A DNA stretch of 64,000 nt from Glaucostegus cemiculus (Eukaryota): NCBI GenBank assembly GCA_976551045.1, contig CDPCPM010000011.1, positions 22,382,001 to 22,446,000 of the forward strand. Reading direction: 5' to 3'. The notes under the pieces were generated by a model. It saw nothing but the letters and a program-made list of their open reading frames with translations. It ran no database searches and was not told where the DNA came from. The position numbers and the translations under genes are program-made. Shown in pieces: positions 1-13,294 of the stretch. How positions within the stretch are numbered: position 1 is the stretch's first letter; the number at the start of each line of letters is the position of its first letter.

Positions 1-82
1 CCAAGAATTGAATCCATTTATTCACTCGGTTCTATAAAAGAGAGCACAGGCAACCATTTTCACTTGTAACACATAGACTTAC

Positions 83-133
83 CTTCATTGTTTCCAATAG
101 GGCCCGGTGATCAACCTCTGAAATCTCAGATTC
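83..133 (-). CDS. Unidentified gene X, internal coding exon (ESEISEVDHRALLETMK); gene continues beyond left edge
   Basis: Minus strand: ttttctttctgtag|GAATCT...ATGAAG|gtaagt; 51 nt, open, phase 0-0, strong acceptor and donor. Confidence 0.75.
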
Positions 134-578
134 CTACAGAAAGAAAACAGTGCAAGACCTTTATACAATGCTCTGTGCTGTTACTTCAACCAATTATTCC
201 ACTATTGTCAAGAAGTCAGCAACTTATTCCCAAATTTGTAAATACACATTTATTTCTATTAAAGGCTTCCACAGGCCAAATCCTATCAGTTAGGGGGAGG
301 GAGGACGATAGATGAGTACAGATGGGTATCAAATTTCGCCTTCCTACATTTGATGGAGTCCCAAACACTGCCTAATTAGTAAACAGTGTGTGAAATTCAT
401 CCTCACAACGTCAGTTAACTGAACAGACTATTCTCAAAGCACAACGCAGTTTAATGGATAAAACTTGCCCTGAACTAGGATTCATGATAGATCAGTTAAA
501 AGCCAGATAGCCTTGGAAGTATCAAACAATCAGTATAAACAATCTTCTAAAACAATCTCAAATACAATTCTATTTTAC

Positions 579-631
579 CTTACTCATCATCTGGTCACCA
601 GAAGGTGTGACTTTTGAGTTCATATAGTACT
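579..631 (-). CDS. Gene X, possible exon (YYMNSKVTPSGDQMMSK)
   Basis: AAG|gtaaaa donor and one open frame, but the cag acceptor needs phase 1 while the upstream exon's best donor is phase 0. Confidence 0.3.
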
Positions 632-694
632 CTGATTATAGGGACATTGAAGCATAGAAAACAGGAGTCAGCCATTTAGCCCTTCAAACCAACG

Positions 695-1255
695 TCTACT
701 GATACACCATGGAAAGCATCCCATCTGGATGTATCACGGCTTAGTACAGCAACTGCTCTGCCCTGGACCGCAAGAAACTGTAGAGAGTTGTGGACACAGC
801 CCAGCGCATCACGGAAACCTGCCTCCCCTCCTCGGACTCTGTCTATACCTCTCGCTGTCTTGGTGAAACAGCCAGCATAATCAAAGACCCCATCCACCCG
901 GGACATTCTCTCCTCTTCCATCGGGTAGAAGATACAGGAGCCTGAGGGCACGTACCACCAGACTTAAGGACAGCTTCTACCCCACTGTGATAAGACTATT
1001 GAACGGTTCCCTTATACGATGAGATGGACTCTGACCTCACGATCTACCTTGTTGTGACCTTGCACCTTATTGCACTGCACTTTCTCTGTAGCTGTGACAC
1101 TTTACTCTGTACTGTTATTGTTTTTACCTGTACTACATCAATGCACTCTGTACTAACTCAATGTAACTGCACTGTGTAATGAACTGACCAGTATAATCGG
1201 TCTGCAAGACAAGTTTTTCACTGTACCTCAGTACAAGTGACAATAATAAACCAAA
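695..1255 (+). mobile_element. Rex1/Babar-like LINE 3' fragment
   Basis: Degenerate NCSALDRKKL*RVVDTAQRITETCLPS...RTTRLKDSFYP and tail TTTCACTGTACCTCAGTACAAGTGACAATAATAAA; near-identical to 34915-35250 and 51090-51605. Confidence 0.8.
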
Positions 1256-1534
1256 ACTCCCCCATTCAATACAATCACAGCTGAACATCTATCTCAATAA
1301 GAAACTACATTAGATGCAGACAGTTCTCGGAACCCTTATATGACCTGGGGACTGACTATACTTAAAAAGAACAGTTCTCCTGTTCAGGGAAAGATGATCG
1401 GGGCAACTTCTGTGGTCCGGATTTCCTGTCTAGTCTCTAGTCTAGCACTAGTCAGGTCCCAAGGGTGCCAGACTAGGGAGTTTCAAACTTACTAGGCGTG
1501 AACCAAGCAATAATAAAGGAAGACACACACTCAC

Positions 1535-1595
1535 ATCGTTGTCCTTGCCAGCCTCCTGTGCTAATTTATTAAAAAAGTCATCATCCAGCAATGAT
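1535..1595 (-). CDS. Gene X, coding exon (SLLDDDFFNKLAQEAGKDND)
   Basis: ttttctttttcag|ATCATTG...AACGAT|gtgagt; 61 nt, single open frame, phase 2-0. Confidence 0.75.
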
Positions 1596-1852
1596 CTGAA
1601 AAAGAAAAACACCTACTGCATTAATCACCAAATATGAGGGCGAGTCCCCCATGGTGTTAGTTACAGTATACATTTCTATAGTAGGCACAACAGTATTTGG
1701 CAGTACTGTTTCTGTTTGAGTACATTCCATTGCTACTTGAAAGATAAAATTAAGCTTTCAAACCCCGTTAAATTAAAGCAGTCTCCGCACAATGCAAATA
1801 TTCACACAGCATGGTTATTATTCCTGCAGCCAGCCAGGCTGCTAACCCATAC

Positions 1853-1943
1853 TTTTTGTTGGTCCTGGATGTCATGGTAGCTGATCTCCTGGGGCCACTT
1901 CCTGACTGTATCGTTGGGAAAGCAGATTTTCTGGAAGATCCAT
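1853..1943 (-). CDS. Gene X, coding exon (DGSSRKSAFPTIQSGSGPRRSATMTSRTNKK)
   Basis: ctttgttttgtag|ATGGATC...CAAAAA|gtatgg; 91 nt, phase 1-2, joins the 9607-9634 and 1535-1595 exons in frame. Confidence 0.6.
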
Positions 1944-2710
1944 CTACAAAACAAAGTTACACAAATAAAACAGTTGCTACTCCAGTGCCTTCTCAAACCA
2001 TTAGTTAAGTGCAATCCTTTGAATTATGTGGCCAACCCGACAGGAGATATAGTTGAAATTGCAGAGTTCCCAACAACTAGTTGGGAGTTACCATAGACAG
2101 CAATGTAAAGCAGTAAAGTGATTCGCCAAATTAGAGGAACAACTTATTTTTAAACTCATCTGGAAGATTGTCCTTTCTCATCTCAATGTAATTGACCATG
2201 GAGTCTCTGTACTCATTTACATTCTTTCTCTCATTGCCCAAGGTCCAAACAGAGCAGCCTCTATGCCCAATACCTCACAGCAGTGACCACATTTAATTTG
2301 CTGTTAATCCCTTTGATAATCCTGTCATGAAAAGTGGTGTACAAATTGTTTCCTGCCAACAAAGGGACTGTATAACTGGCAAACTGCATGATTTTACTAA
2401 ACTAAGTAGTTCTTCTGTGTGCTTTTGGAATGCAAACTGGTGAATAAAATGGATGGGCCCATGGCGGAGACAATTTCACATGAAGAAATGCAACAACTGT
2501 GCAGGAAAAGCATGCTTGCCATCATTTCACCTTCATTATACATTTAAGTGTGAGCAGGTTCATGTACCTGTTGAAATCAGTCAGCACTAACTGATGCCAG
2601 TTTCCAGCTCCTAAGGACAGCTGACTACTGGAGTGTGCAACCTACATGGTGCAGTTCAGCAGGCTGGCCCACTCCCTGCACCATTCCTGGTCCCTTAGGC
2701 TGAGAAGAAA

Positions 2711-5400
2711 AGGCAATAGGAGGAGATAGCAAGAGAGCTCAATGCTGAGAGTGAGGCATCTGGGACCTAGTCCTAATTTCAAAAGAGCTGAATGACCTTA
2801 TTGATCTGGACAAAACGAGTGGAGGTTGCCATAAATTCCCAGCTGCCGCTAGCAGTCCTATATTTTCACACTTACCAATGTTCCAAAACTCATATACACG
2901 TCTCTCATAGAGCTATTCAACTTTTTCATTTATACACACTGAAACATATTCCCTAACAGTCTTTTCTCTCTCCTGCAAGAGAAGATCACTTACGACAGGT
3001 GACCACAGCTACAAACCAGAAGGAGCCTCTCCCGAGAGGGACTCAGTCATTTATGAGTGCTTCCTCCCATCATGAAAGGAAGTCTTGACATTCCACCTCT
3101 AAAGGGCAGTTTCTTTCTGTGTTGTAGTGTTCGATGGTTCGAAAGGCTGTTGGCAAGCTAGCTAAGGTTTGACTCCAAATCACAAAGCATCCTCAGGGTA
3201 CATCAAACAAAGGTATTTGGAAGACAGGCACAAAGGTGATTTGTGAATGATCGTACAGCAACATTGTTAAGCGATACTTAAAAGCATTAATGATGAATTG
3301 CCTGGTTTGATTTTAATTTGTGGTGGTGGTATGATTGAAATGGTCACTAACTGGAAAAAAAAGTGCAGAAACTAAGTCAGTAAGGGGATTTTTTATTTCT
3401 CAATTCCTCCACACAGGTGGGTGTTGCAGGAAAGTCACTTCATTTTTATTTAATTTATTCATTTGTTGGGGATCAAGGCATTGCTGCCAAGGTCAGCAAT
3501 TAAGTGCCCACACACTAAACTGCCCTTGAGAAGGTGGTGGTGAGCTGCCGCCTTGAAATGACGCTGCCCTTCTGGAAGAGACACGGTTGGGGAGAGAGTT
3601 CCAGGGTTTAGATACTACAACAATCAAGGAACAGCAATATATTTCCAAATCAGAATGGGGTGCAACTTAGAGGCAAACATGTAGGTGGTGGTGTTCCCAT
3701 GCACTGCTTGTCCTTGGTTGTTTAGGTTGTAGGTTGGGAGGCGCTATCAGAGCAGCCTTGGCAAGTAACTGCAATAGATTTTGTAGATGGTACACACTGC
3801 AGCCACTGTGTGCCAGTGATATCAGGAATGAATGCTTAGGAAGAGTGACCAGTCAAGTGGGCTGCTTGGAAATGGAAGGTGTTGTGCTTCTTACAAGTTG
3901 TTGGAGCTGCATTCACCCAGGCAAGTCAAGAGTAGTCTGTCACCCTCTTGATTCATGCTTTTAGGTTGTGAAATGATTTTGAGTGTCAGGATCAAAGTTG
4001 TTCATTGCAGGATACCCCGAACTTGTAGCTATGGCATTTATGCGGCTGGTTCAGAATGGCTACTTTCCACTTATGCTGCCAAAACCTCTTCCAAACCTAC
4101 CACAGTGCTTATGTGGAGAATACTCAGATAATTGTTCTTATAGGGCTAACTGCAACATGGAGAAAGAGCAAGCACATAGCAAGGAAAATAAAGTTTCAAT
4201 GTCTGGTATAACTCTAGTGTGCAACTTGAAGGGTTCACATGTCCACTGGCACTGATGGTGGAACAATTCTGTGTTTAGCTTTCATGTTGCTGCCATTTAA
4301 GTGTTCAATGCAGACAGCTGTAGTATTAATGGTGCACTGTTGTCACAGTGGAAGATGACATCTCTTCTCTCAGAGGATCACAGAGGCCAGATCATTAGAT
4401 ACGTTTAAAATGGGCATAGGTAAGTATTTGATAAATCAAGGAATTAGGGATTATGGGGAACAGGAGAGAAGAGGAGTTGAGGCCAGCATAGATCAGCCAT
4501 GATCATATTGAATGGTGAGGCAGGTTTGAGGGGCCAAGTGGCCTACTCCTGCTATTTTCTTGTGTTCTTATGTATTCTTAGAATACAGTGCAGCAGCAAT
4601 TATTGTCGTAATGGGGTAGAGCATTGCTTTGAGCCTCTGGGACTTCACTCCCAAGCAAGTTGGTTGCTTCCATCCTTGTAATCTGGACTGCACTCCAAGA
4701 GATAATTGGGAACTTGAGCACTAGTCAAGTCCTACTGCATTCAAAGAGGCAAGTAAGCAGTTTTCCTCAGTGTCCTTCAAGTATCACAGGACTGCACTAA
4801 GGCACAGACCTTTTTATTGCTTGTGGATATACCCTGTGGAGCAGAATCCTCAAGAGAATTCAAAGAGGCCATCTCTTCATCATAGTCGGCCATCACCTTA
4901 CGCTCCACCTGCTCCAACTGCAAGGGATGTGCACTAATTATAGCAAAATTATGCGGCATGCAGAAGTAGATAACAAAGCATGATGCCCTCTCTGCAGAGG
5001 ACAACTTCATCAATCCAAACACCATAACCCCATTTTGGCATTCTCCAAAGTTAACCAGTGTCTTTGGTTACAAGGTTGATCCAGCAGCCTGAGACTACAA
5101 AAACACTCCTACATCTGGCACAGTGACTGAAATATGGCAGGCCCAGAAGATTGCCCAGAGGAAGGAAGAGTCATACATGCTCCCTATTTGCATGGCAGTA
5201 ACAAAAGGGGATTTTGTTGGTGGTCACATACCACCTGAATGTTCAAGGATCAGAATGTTCTTTCCATGGCTCTTTGCAGTTCGTGACAAGCTCTCGGTTC
5301 ACATGTGAAGCCCAGAGTGCCAGAAATCCAGTCTACAATCTCTTGAGTGCTTGGAAAGCCCATAATTTAGTCTCTACTGGAATTTCTCGCTCAAATAGCG
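2711..5400. mobile_element. Decayed PIF/Harbinger DNA transposon relic (Myb/SANT-like remnant on +, transposase remnant on -), interrupted by later repeats
   Basis: + 2711-2800 reads RQ*EEIARELNAESEASGT*S*FQK/LNDL; - strand about 5250-4940 reads SLNIQVVCDH, GSMYDSSFL, VFGLMK, SAERASCFVIYFCMPHNFA, resembling HARBI1-type motifs. Confidence 0.55.
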
Positions 5401-8329
5401 AGGACCCTTGATGTCCCGATTGCAGCTGTGGGCAGGGGGCAGATCTCATTTGCCACTGCCTTAAAACAACCAAAACCTTGAAATTCTCCATGGAGAATTG
5501 GAGGTAAACTACTAAGGGATGGGATCTTCTAGCGACAGCCCTTTATCCCTTTCCCCTCCTTTAGCCATCCCCTCTTAAATAAGGACCCTTGAACTTAGCC
5601 CAATGTTCCCAATGAGTCTGCACGCTTCCTCAATAAAGTGCTTTGATCTACAACTGTCTCCCCCAAAAAACCTGCAAGTGATAGTTGATATCCTTAAATA
5701 GAGTAGATCCAGGCTGTGTCTCTGCTTTTATGAACAGTTTACCTGTGCATGGATCTATCTGATTGTTAATTATATATCTATCATTTACTTCTACAATGTG
5801 AGCTCCAACAGACTGTTTGATGGCAACTGACAGTATCTGTGCAGACTCAATGTGTTCACTATGTAGGCTTACCAAGCGCATGGAAGTGCCTGAATGAAGT
5901 TCTCAATATGCGTAATGTGCCCTATTACTTGTATAATGTTTAATGAACAATTTTCCATTCAAAACCAATCACTTAGCATTTAATAGACATGCGCTGCGTG
6001 ATAGTCTCTCCAGATCTAGATTCATTTGTTCAGCCAAAGATTTTAAATTACATTTCCTCTACATGGGATGATCCATTTGGGTGCAGAAAAACTATCAATT
6101 CAGGTCCCCCTCAAAATAAATGTGAAGCGGTTTCAAGGGCCATCAAACACACACTGTTGTTGTTCCTACTGCAAATAATGTGGCGAGTCCCAAGACACAC
6201 ACATACGTATCCCTGCAGGAGCTTCAGAGAATCATCACAAGTGTCGCATTATTGAAAAGCTGTGCACAGGCAGGGTCATCAACCCTGTAAAGACTTCCTT
6301 CCAAGGCGGCCACAGAGTAACTGCATCAAAGAATGTCATGAAGATAGGAGATGACAATGCAATCGTCAGTGCTGGTGGTCACCTCTCATGCAACCCACTA
6401 CTCGAAGTTCCATACCATAAGTAGCCCTTTGCCACTGCCAGGTGTGGGATCATTGCATGATCCACCGAGGTGCTTAAAATAAAAAGGCTGCAAATAATGA
6501 TAGAACAAGGAACAACAACAATTATCTGACCACTGAAATACTAATCAGATGTCGTGATTAAAACATCAGTCAGAATGGAATCACTTTAATTTATGTCTGA
6601 CTGGGGACATCAGCAGGTTGTGTTTCTGGAGTGTAACAATCACTCTCTCATTGTGGGAAGTCCAGTTTTAATTAAATTGGGTCAAAGATGCAATGCTGAT
6701 AATATATCTTTGTACGTACATCTGATGCTGTGTAGGCCCCATACACTAGCGTGTGGACTAACTAGAAGTACCCGAAATAATTTCACCTAGGTCAAAACTG
6801 CACCCAAGAATAATTGTAACTGGAATTCACTTTGGGTAAAATCAACCCCGGACTGCTTAGCATTGAAAAAAAAGTTTTTTTGTGCTGTTGGATCCAAGTT
6901 CTAGGCTTTAGAATGGGGAGAACAGCAAAGAGAAATTTCTTTAGGCAGAGTTCAGTAATGGTACGTGGAGTGTTTTGGCATAGCAGGTGATTGAGATATA
7001 GATACAACCAGTTTCAAAGGAAAGTAAATAGTGTAGATGGTAATTCAGAGCAATACAGGGTGATAGAAAACAAGTGCAGAACAAGTTTTGGATTGTTTCA
7101 GCAAAGCTGGCACGGAGATGAGAGGCTGAAATAGATCCCTTCTGTAAGGTAAACATATATAGTTGTAAATCTGGGCTCTAACAACTTGTTTCTACACTCT
7201 GGAGATTTGATAAGCATAATGAGCCCCTATGAGGATAGTGCATGGTCTTTTAATCAGGCAAACAGAAATTCTATCGGTAATTTACTGTACCGTTTAATTC
7301 AGAAACTTGAAAGCATTGCTAGCCATTATTAAGCTGATCAAATAATATGCTATTTTTCTCCTCTGCACATTCAGTGTGTTTAAGCTGGCACTCATTGTTC
7401 TGTCACCTGCTCTTTCTTTCCTAGGGCTTCATATCGGGCCCAGAGAAACAAAGGACTGCAGATGCTGGAATCTAGATGAAAAAACAAGATGCAGGAGGAA
7501 CTCATCAGGTCAGGAAGTCCTGAAGAAGGGTCCTGACCTGAAAAGTTGACTGTCTGCTTTTCTCTATAGATGCTGCCTGGCCTGCTCAGTTCCTCCAGCA
7601 TCTCGTTGTTTTTTTCAAATTGGGCCTTCCTCCATCCCAAGTTATTCCTCTCTGAAATTATTCAATGTGCTTCAAATCTCCATTAATGGTTCATATCTTT
7701 TCTGGGCTGTAACTCTTCAACACAATGGCCTGTACTCTTGGCATTAATCACTGTGTTTTCTTTTCCCCAATTAAACTATACAAAATTTCTTCAATCAGCT
7801 CCCTGCCACACAACGTATCTCTACAATCCTGTCACTAAGCAGCTGGATGGATGTGTCTGCCATTAATCATTAAAAGAATAAAGCAAGCAAATATGTACAA
7901 TGAAACCATTTGGATCAAGTTACCATCATCCCCGAGCAGGTCATCCAGAACATCATCGATCGACTCTAGGGATAAAAGAGATGTATGGTGGTACCATTAA
8001 CATAATATTTTTACCTGTACTACATCAATGCTCTCTGTACTAACTCACTGTAACTGCACTGTGTAATGAACTGACCTGTACGATTGGAATGCAAGACAAG
8101 TTATTCACTGTTCCTTGGTACAAGTGACAGTAATAAGTTAATACTTTCCCTCCTTACTTGCTTTACAATAAAGGTATAGAACTACACAGTAGAGAGAGAG
8201 GTAATTTTCCCATTGTGTCTGTTCTCTCTCTGAGCTATCTAATTTATACTCCTCCCCTGTTCAATCCACCTAACTCTGCAAATATCTTCTTTACAACTAG
8301 GTACTCAATTGCAATGAGGTGTATTGACA

Positions 8330-8830
8330 GAGTAAAGCATATGGAATCCTGATAGTCATCAATAGAAGTACAGAGTATAAAAGAAGGGAAATTATGTTGG
8401 AACTCCATAAACCACTGGTTAGGTTGCAGCTTGAGCTCGGTGTCCAGTTCTGGTTACCTAGCTTTCAGGAGAGTGTGAAGGGCCCAGAGATGGGGCCAGA
8501 AAGCACCACTGGGATAGTTTCCAAGCTTGAGGTTAGAAGGATGAGAGGAGGTTTGATAGATGCATCCAAGACCATGACAGGTTTAAGCAGAGAGGGGGCA
8601 TTCCCATTAGTGCATGGTTCGAGGACAAAGTTAAAATCTTGGGCCAAAGAGACAAGGGGTATTGGAGGAAAAACTTCATTATGTAGAAAGTAGGGGTGTG
8701 GAATTTGCTGCATGGATGTGGTGGAAATCCATCAGTGCCTTCAAAAGGAAATTGGACAAACATTTGAGAAAGTATGGGAAACTGATGGAATGATGGGTTA
8801 AGTGGCCTCCATCTGCAAAACTATTCTACG
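8330..8830 (+). mobile_element. CR1-like LINE 3' fragment, degraded
   Basis: ORF 8394-8693 LVRLQLELGVQFW...RRMRGGLI matches the CR1 ORF2 C-terminus. Confidence 0.7.
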
Positions 8831-9606
8831 ATTCTGAGACATGTGGCAATTTCACTATGGACAGGTACCTAGGGGCTGGGTTTGTTGTTTGAGGCTATTA
8901 ATGAAGTGAAGGAATTACTATTCTGTGACATTTTCATGAAGCAGCTCCAATCTCTGAGCTCTGGAACCATAGCAGAAGAAAATGTTGCACATTAAACATA
9001 AACCCAGTTCAGAAGATATATTCTTGCACAGTAGCTGGACACTGCCAGAAAAAAGAAATCAATTTTCTGCACTAGAAACACTATGCAAATAGGAAAGGTG
9101 GCAAATACCCTTCGGGTCAAAGAAATTTAAGCAAGCAAGCATCTAGGCTTAAAAAGGGCATGTGGAGAAATGTGCTGATCTAGGACTTACAATAAACATC
9201 AGCAGACACTAACGTGAGGTTGGGGGGGGGGGGGGAAAGGAATGGAAAGCTGATTGTACCTGACTTCCCATTAGCCTCCCATTCCACTTTAAACAGTTGC
9301 ATATTCAATGTTACATCTCAGAACAGCTGTTCATCATTGGTTTTTTAGACTTGTGAAGTTGCAAAGCAATTTCAGTGAAGGAGGAGCCAAGATCAGGTTT
9401 TACCCTCTATCATTCTAACGTACCCCAGCCAATCCTCTAGGTTCACTTCCATGGTGGTTCAAAGTCAATGCCACAACTGGAATCCCTGTGATCACTCCAA
9501 CAAACACTCTGCTCTCTGTGGTCAATGACGTGTAAATGCTTCTTCCATCAAAGGTTTTCCCTTTTTAAACCAAGTGAACAAAATCAGAAGACATATTGTT
9601 ACTTAC

Positions 9607-9634
9607 CTCGAAAACCTTTCTTCTGTTTTGATCC
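9607..9634 (-). CDS. Gene X, 28-nt coding micro-exon (GSKQKKGFR)
   Basis: tctttgtatttcag|GGATCAAAACAGAAGAAAGGTTTTCGAG|gtaagt; consensus splice sites. Confidence 0.65.
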
Positions 9635-10703
9635 CTGAAATACAAAGACCCTGTTCATTCACATTTTACTTTCAAAGTATAAAGCTTTAAGTATATAAAA
9701 GAAAAACTTCTATAGGAAAGAAGAGTTGGAAACATAAAAAAAACATTAGAACTAGGGAATCTTTAAAAGATATGCTGCACAAAATTCATTTCAATGGCAC
9801 ATAAGCATGGAGGTGTGTGGGGCCAGTGCTGCAGAGATACAGTGGTGAGGGCACTGGTAGATGCCTACCAGAATTGGGCAGATTATGGAATCAATCAGCA
9901 ACCTATGGTGATTTGACATCAGCATTTCCATGGTGGACCATAGCACATAATGTATCAGCCTCTTCTAGTCTTAAGCAACTGAATGTATTCAGAGACAGGA
10001 AGAACCCCCCCACCAGAACTATTTAAAGGAATCATTCATTACTTTTAGATTAGTTGGCAGTTAGTTGCCACAATTCTACAAGGGATTAGAGCTTTTCAAG
10101 GTCACTCGAGGTTGCAGAAATCTACACAAAAAAAGGGATTAACCTACTTTCACCTCATTTTCACCAATCTACCCCGGTGCATAGGCCACCTGCAAATTGA
10201 CTATTGTCAATTCCCATCTTGACACATGGGAGCATCCTTCATCAGGTTGTGAGACACCAATATTGTGCCAGATGAGTTCAAATTTGAGCATCCTGATCAT
10301 AAAATGTGTCTCCTGATGAGTTACTGCATAACACCCTCGTTCTTCTAATTGCTCTGAACAAAAGTGCCTTAGCTTCACTGAAGTGGAATGAAACCAATAG
10401 AATGCTTAAGCATTTTAATAACAAGTTGGAGAAGAAACTCAGTGGGCTGAATCATCATGAGCCCAGCCTGTCATCGAGACTTGCTCAAAAGTGCTGTTTC
10501 ACAAGGATCAGTACTGGGATCTCCATTGTTTGTAACATATATAAATGATTTAGATGAAAACGTAGCTTGGCTGATTCATAAGTTTGCATACAACATATAA
10601 GTGAGCTGTGGATAGTGAGGAAGGTTCTCTGCAGAGCTGGGGTGACAACACTGAACCTCAAGCTTCTTTATCTAAATAGCACAATGCTGGGGAGCACTAC
10701 CAG

Positions 10704-10972
10704 CCAGGCACGGTAGTGTAGTGGTTAGCGTAACGCTTTACAATGACGGCGACCTGGATTCAATTCCAGCCACTGCCTGTGAGGAGTTTGTACGTTCTCC
10801 CTGTGTCTGTGTAGGTTTCCTCCCACATTCCAAAGACGTACGGGTTAGGAAGTTGTGGGCATGCTATGTTGGCGCTGGAAGCGTGGCGACACTTGCGGGC
10901 TGCCCGCAGAACACTCTACGCAAAAGATGCATTTCACTGTGTGTTTCTATGTACATGTGACTAATAAAGAAA
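10704..10972 (+). mobile_element. tRNA-derived V-SINE, type B (Rex1-like tail)
   Basis: Head GGCACGGTAGTGTAG..GGTTAGC, V-domain GAGTTTGTACGTTCTCCC, tail TTTCACTGTGTGTTTC..TGTACATGTGACTAATAAAGA. Confidence 0.85.
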
Positions 10973-12221
10973 TCTCATTTCAGCAAGTGGGAGCACATCG
11001 TGGATGGATGGTGTGGACTGAGGAAGGGGAGTCACCATCACAGGAGAAATTCAAGGTATGAACCTCACCTGGACTGCTGATGCCAGTATCTGGGATATTC
11101 TCACCCCATTCCCAGGTAATCAGAATTCTTTGTGTGGGAGGAGCAACTGTGTTCTTTACCCCTCATCTAATCCACCCACTATTGTACTCTTGATACTGGG
11201 CATTGGATGATCAACACCTTTTCAAACTGATTGTCAAATCCACCAATGTTTTGCTTGGCTTCAAAGACATTCATCGCAACATTTATTTTGAGGATTTTCA
11301 GCATTTCTTCCCTGTTCTGCAGAAGTCTGTAGAGATACTGCTCACTCACAACTACGGTGATGTCTGAGGTGAGGATTCAAAGTCAAAGCCTTCTGCTCCT
11401 CCATTAACTCTAACCCAAGGACCAGAAAAGTAACAACCTCCTCCAGCTGCTTCCTCTATGGAGTTAACCAACCTACCGCCTTGTTTCTGTAACACTTGCT
11501 TAACAAAAATTTTTTTTTTTTCTGAATTCAAAGGAACTTGTTCATTACAGTAAACAAATCTGAGAGAAATAGTGAACATGAAACTGTGAGATTGTTGCAA
11601 GAACCCATGTGGCATACTAATATTCTTGTTACGGCCTCACCAGTTTGGTCAATATATGACTCTATAGAATACCTCAGCTTGTCAAACCCTGCCCTATTCA
11701 AACGTAAGATGAAGACAGCTATTGTTTTTGGACCCTGATATAGAAAGATTTAATAATACTAGGTCTATAAAAGTTTGTCATCTAGACCATTCCCATCAAT
11801 ACCTCCCAAATCCAAACCTTCTACCACAAAGAAGGACAAGGACAGAAAGTCCCAAGAAATACCACCACCTGCAGATACCCTTCACATCATACTTCAGTCT
11901 AACCTGGGCATATATTGCCACTCCTTCACCATCAGGAGGTCTGTTTCCTGGAAGTCCTCACCCAACAAAACAGTGGGAGTGCCTTCAACAGAAAGACTGT
12001 AGGTGTTCATGAAGGCACCATCAACATCATCCTCCCAAGGGCAATTAGGGATGGTCAGATGCTCGACTTCCATTGACACCCACATGCCATGCACAAAAAA
12101 CAGTTTAATCTAATGCCGAACAAAATCTAAAAATTTAAATTCCAATTCTATTTCACAAGATAGTGGTATTGTTTCAACCCAAATAGAACAATCATCAAAA
12201 AAGGAAAACTCCCCAACTCAC

Positions 12222-12356
12222 CATCGCTGATCAATTTCAAAACGAAGCTTGTGTAAGGACAATCAGCACCCCCTGCTGCAAGGAGATTCAAAATATGCAT
12301 GAGTCTTGTCAGAATCCAAACCTTGTATTAACGTCAAAAGGGATCCACCAACTCGT
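12222..12356 (-). other. Gene X exon 2 (mostly 5' UTR; last three bases are ATG, second candidate ATG at 12300)
   Basis: ttttcttttggtttcctttgaacag|ACGAG...GCGATG|gtgagt; 135 nt. Confidence 0.65.
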
Positions 12357-13294
12357 CTGTTCAAAGGAAACCAAAAGAAAAAGATTTGAGTTAATAGCAT
12401 TTTAAAACATAAAATAATAGCTCTCCGAGGAAATCAAAGGTTAAAAACTGCAGATGTTGAAAATCCAGAAAACAAAAGCACAGATATGCAGAAGGTCAAG
12501 CAGCATCTCTGGAGACAGGAACAGAGTTAATGATTCAGTACAATTATTCTTGAACAAACTGACAGCCTGCCCTGCCACCAGACTCATCGTTCATCAGAAG
12601 GGTTATTGACCCAAAACATCAACTGTTTCTCTCTACACAGATGCTGCCTGACTCGCTGGGTATCCCCTGCACTTCTTGTTTCTGTTTTCACTTATCTGGG
12701 GAATTTTGGTTTACCTTATTGAGCACCACAGCTGTCAAACCTCAAACATACTTCTGTGATACACATACAATTTTAAAAAAGCTGAAAGAAAGAATGCAAT
12801 GGCAAGTGGCTAATAATTGTCACACTTCCAGTGCAATTAATTGTCACACTTCCAGTGCAATACATTGCATGGAACTATATGCATTATGTCACATATTGCA
12901 ACTGTCCTGGCTGCTCATTATATTTATCATGAAGGGATATAGATCTTAGGAGTGGAGCCAAGCCTAGTGACGGCAGCAAATCATTTAATATCCAGTCTTC
13001 AGAAACGTAACAAAGATATTCTAATGTCTCGACATTATTCACAGACTGATTGAAAGAATGTATTTTCCCTTGAGTTCAAAGCCAATTGGAAATCCATCCT
13101 ACTGCTGTGGGACATGCAGAGCACTAAAAGGCATACCTGTGTAAACTACACCAAAAATAATTCAATATTAAACATTCTGTGAAGTTTTAACAATTTAAAG
13201 GCTACATTAAAGAAACTAGTATCCAACATTTTTTACAAACACAAGTTCATTGCATGGTCTCACAGGTAGCAATTAAGATCTATGACCAATATCT

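Noticed and set aside
11200-11615. ORF 11352-11615 as an extra gene X exon
   Set aside because: No convincing donor, in-frame stop, no recognisable homology
12811-12862. 24-bp tandem duplication TAATTGTCACACTTCCAGTGCAAT (similar small duplications at 22164-22243 and 45010-45094)
   Set aside because: Ordinary slippage duplications with no evidence of function
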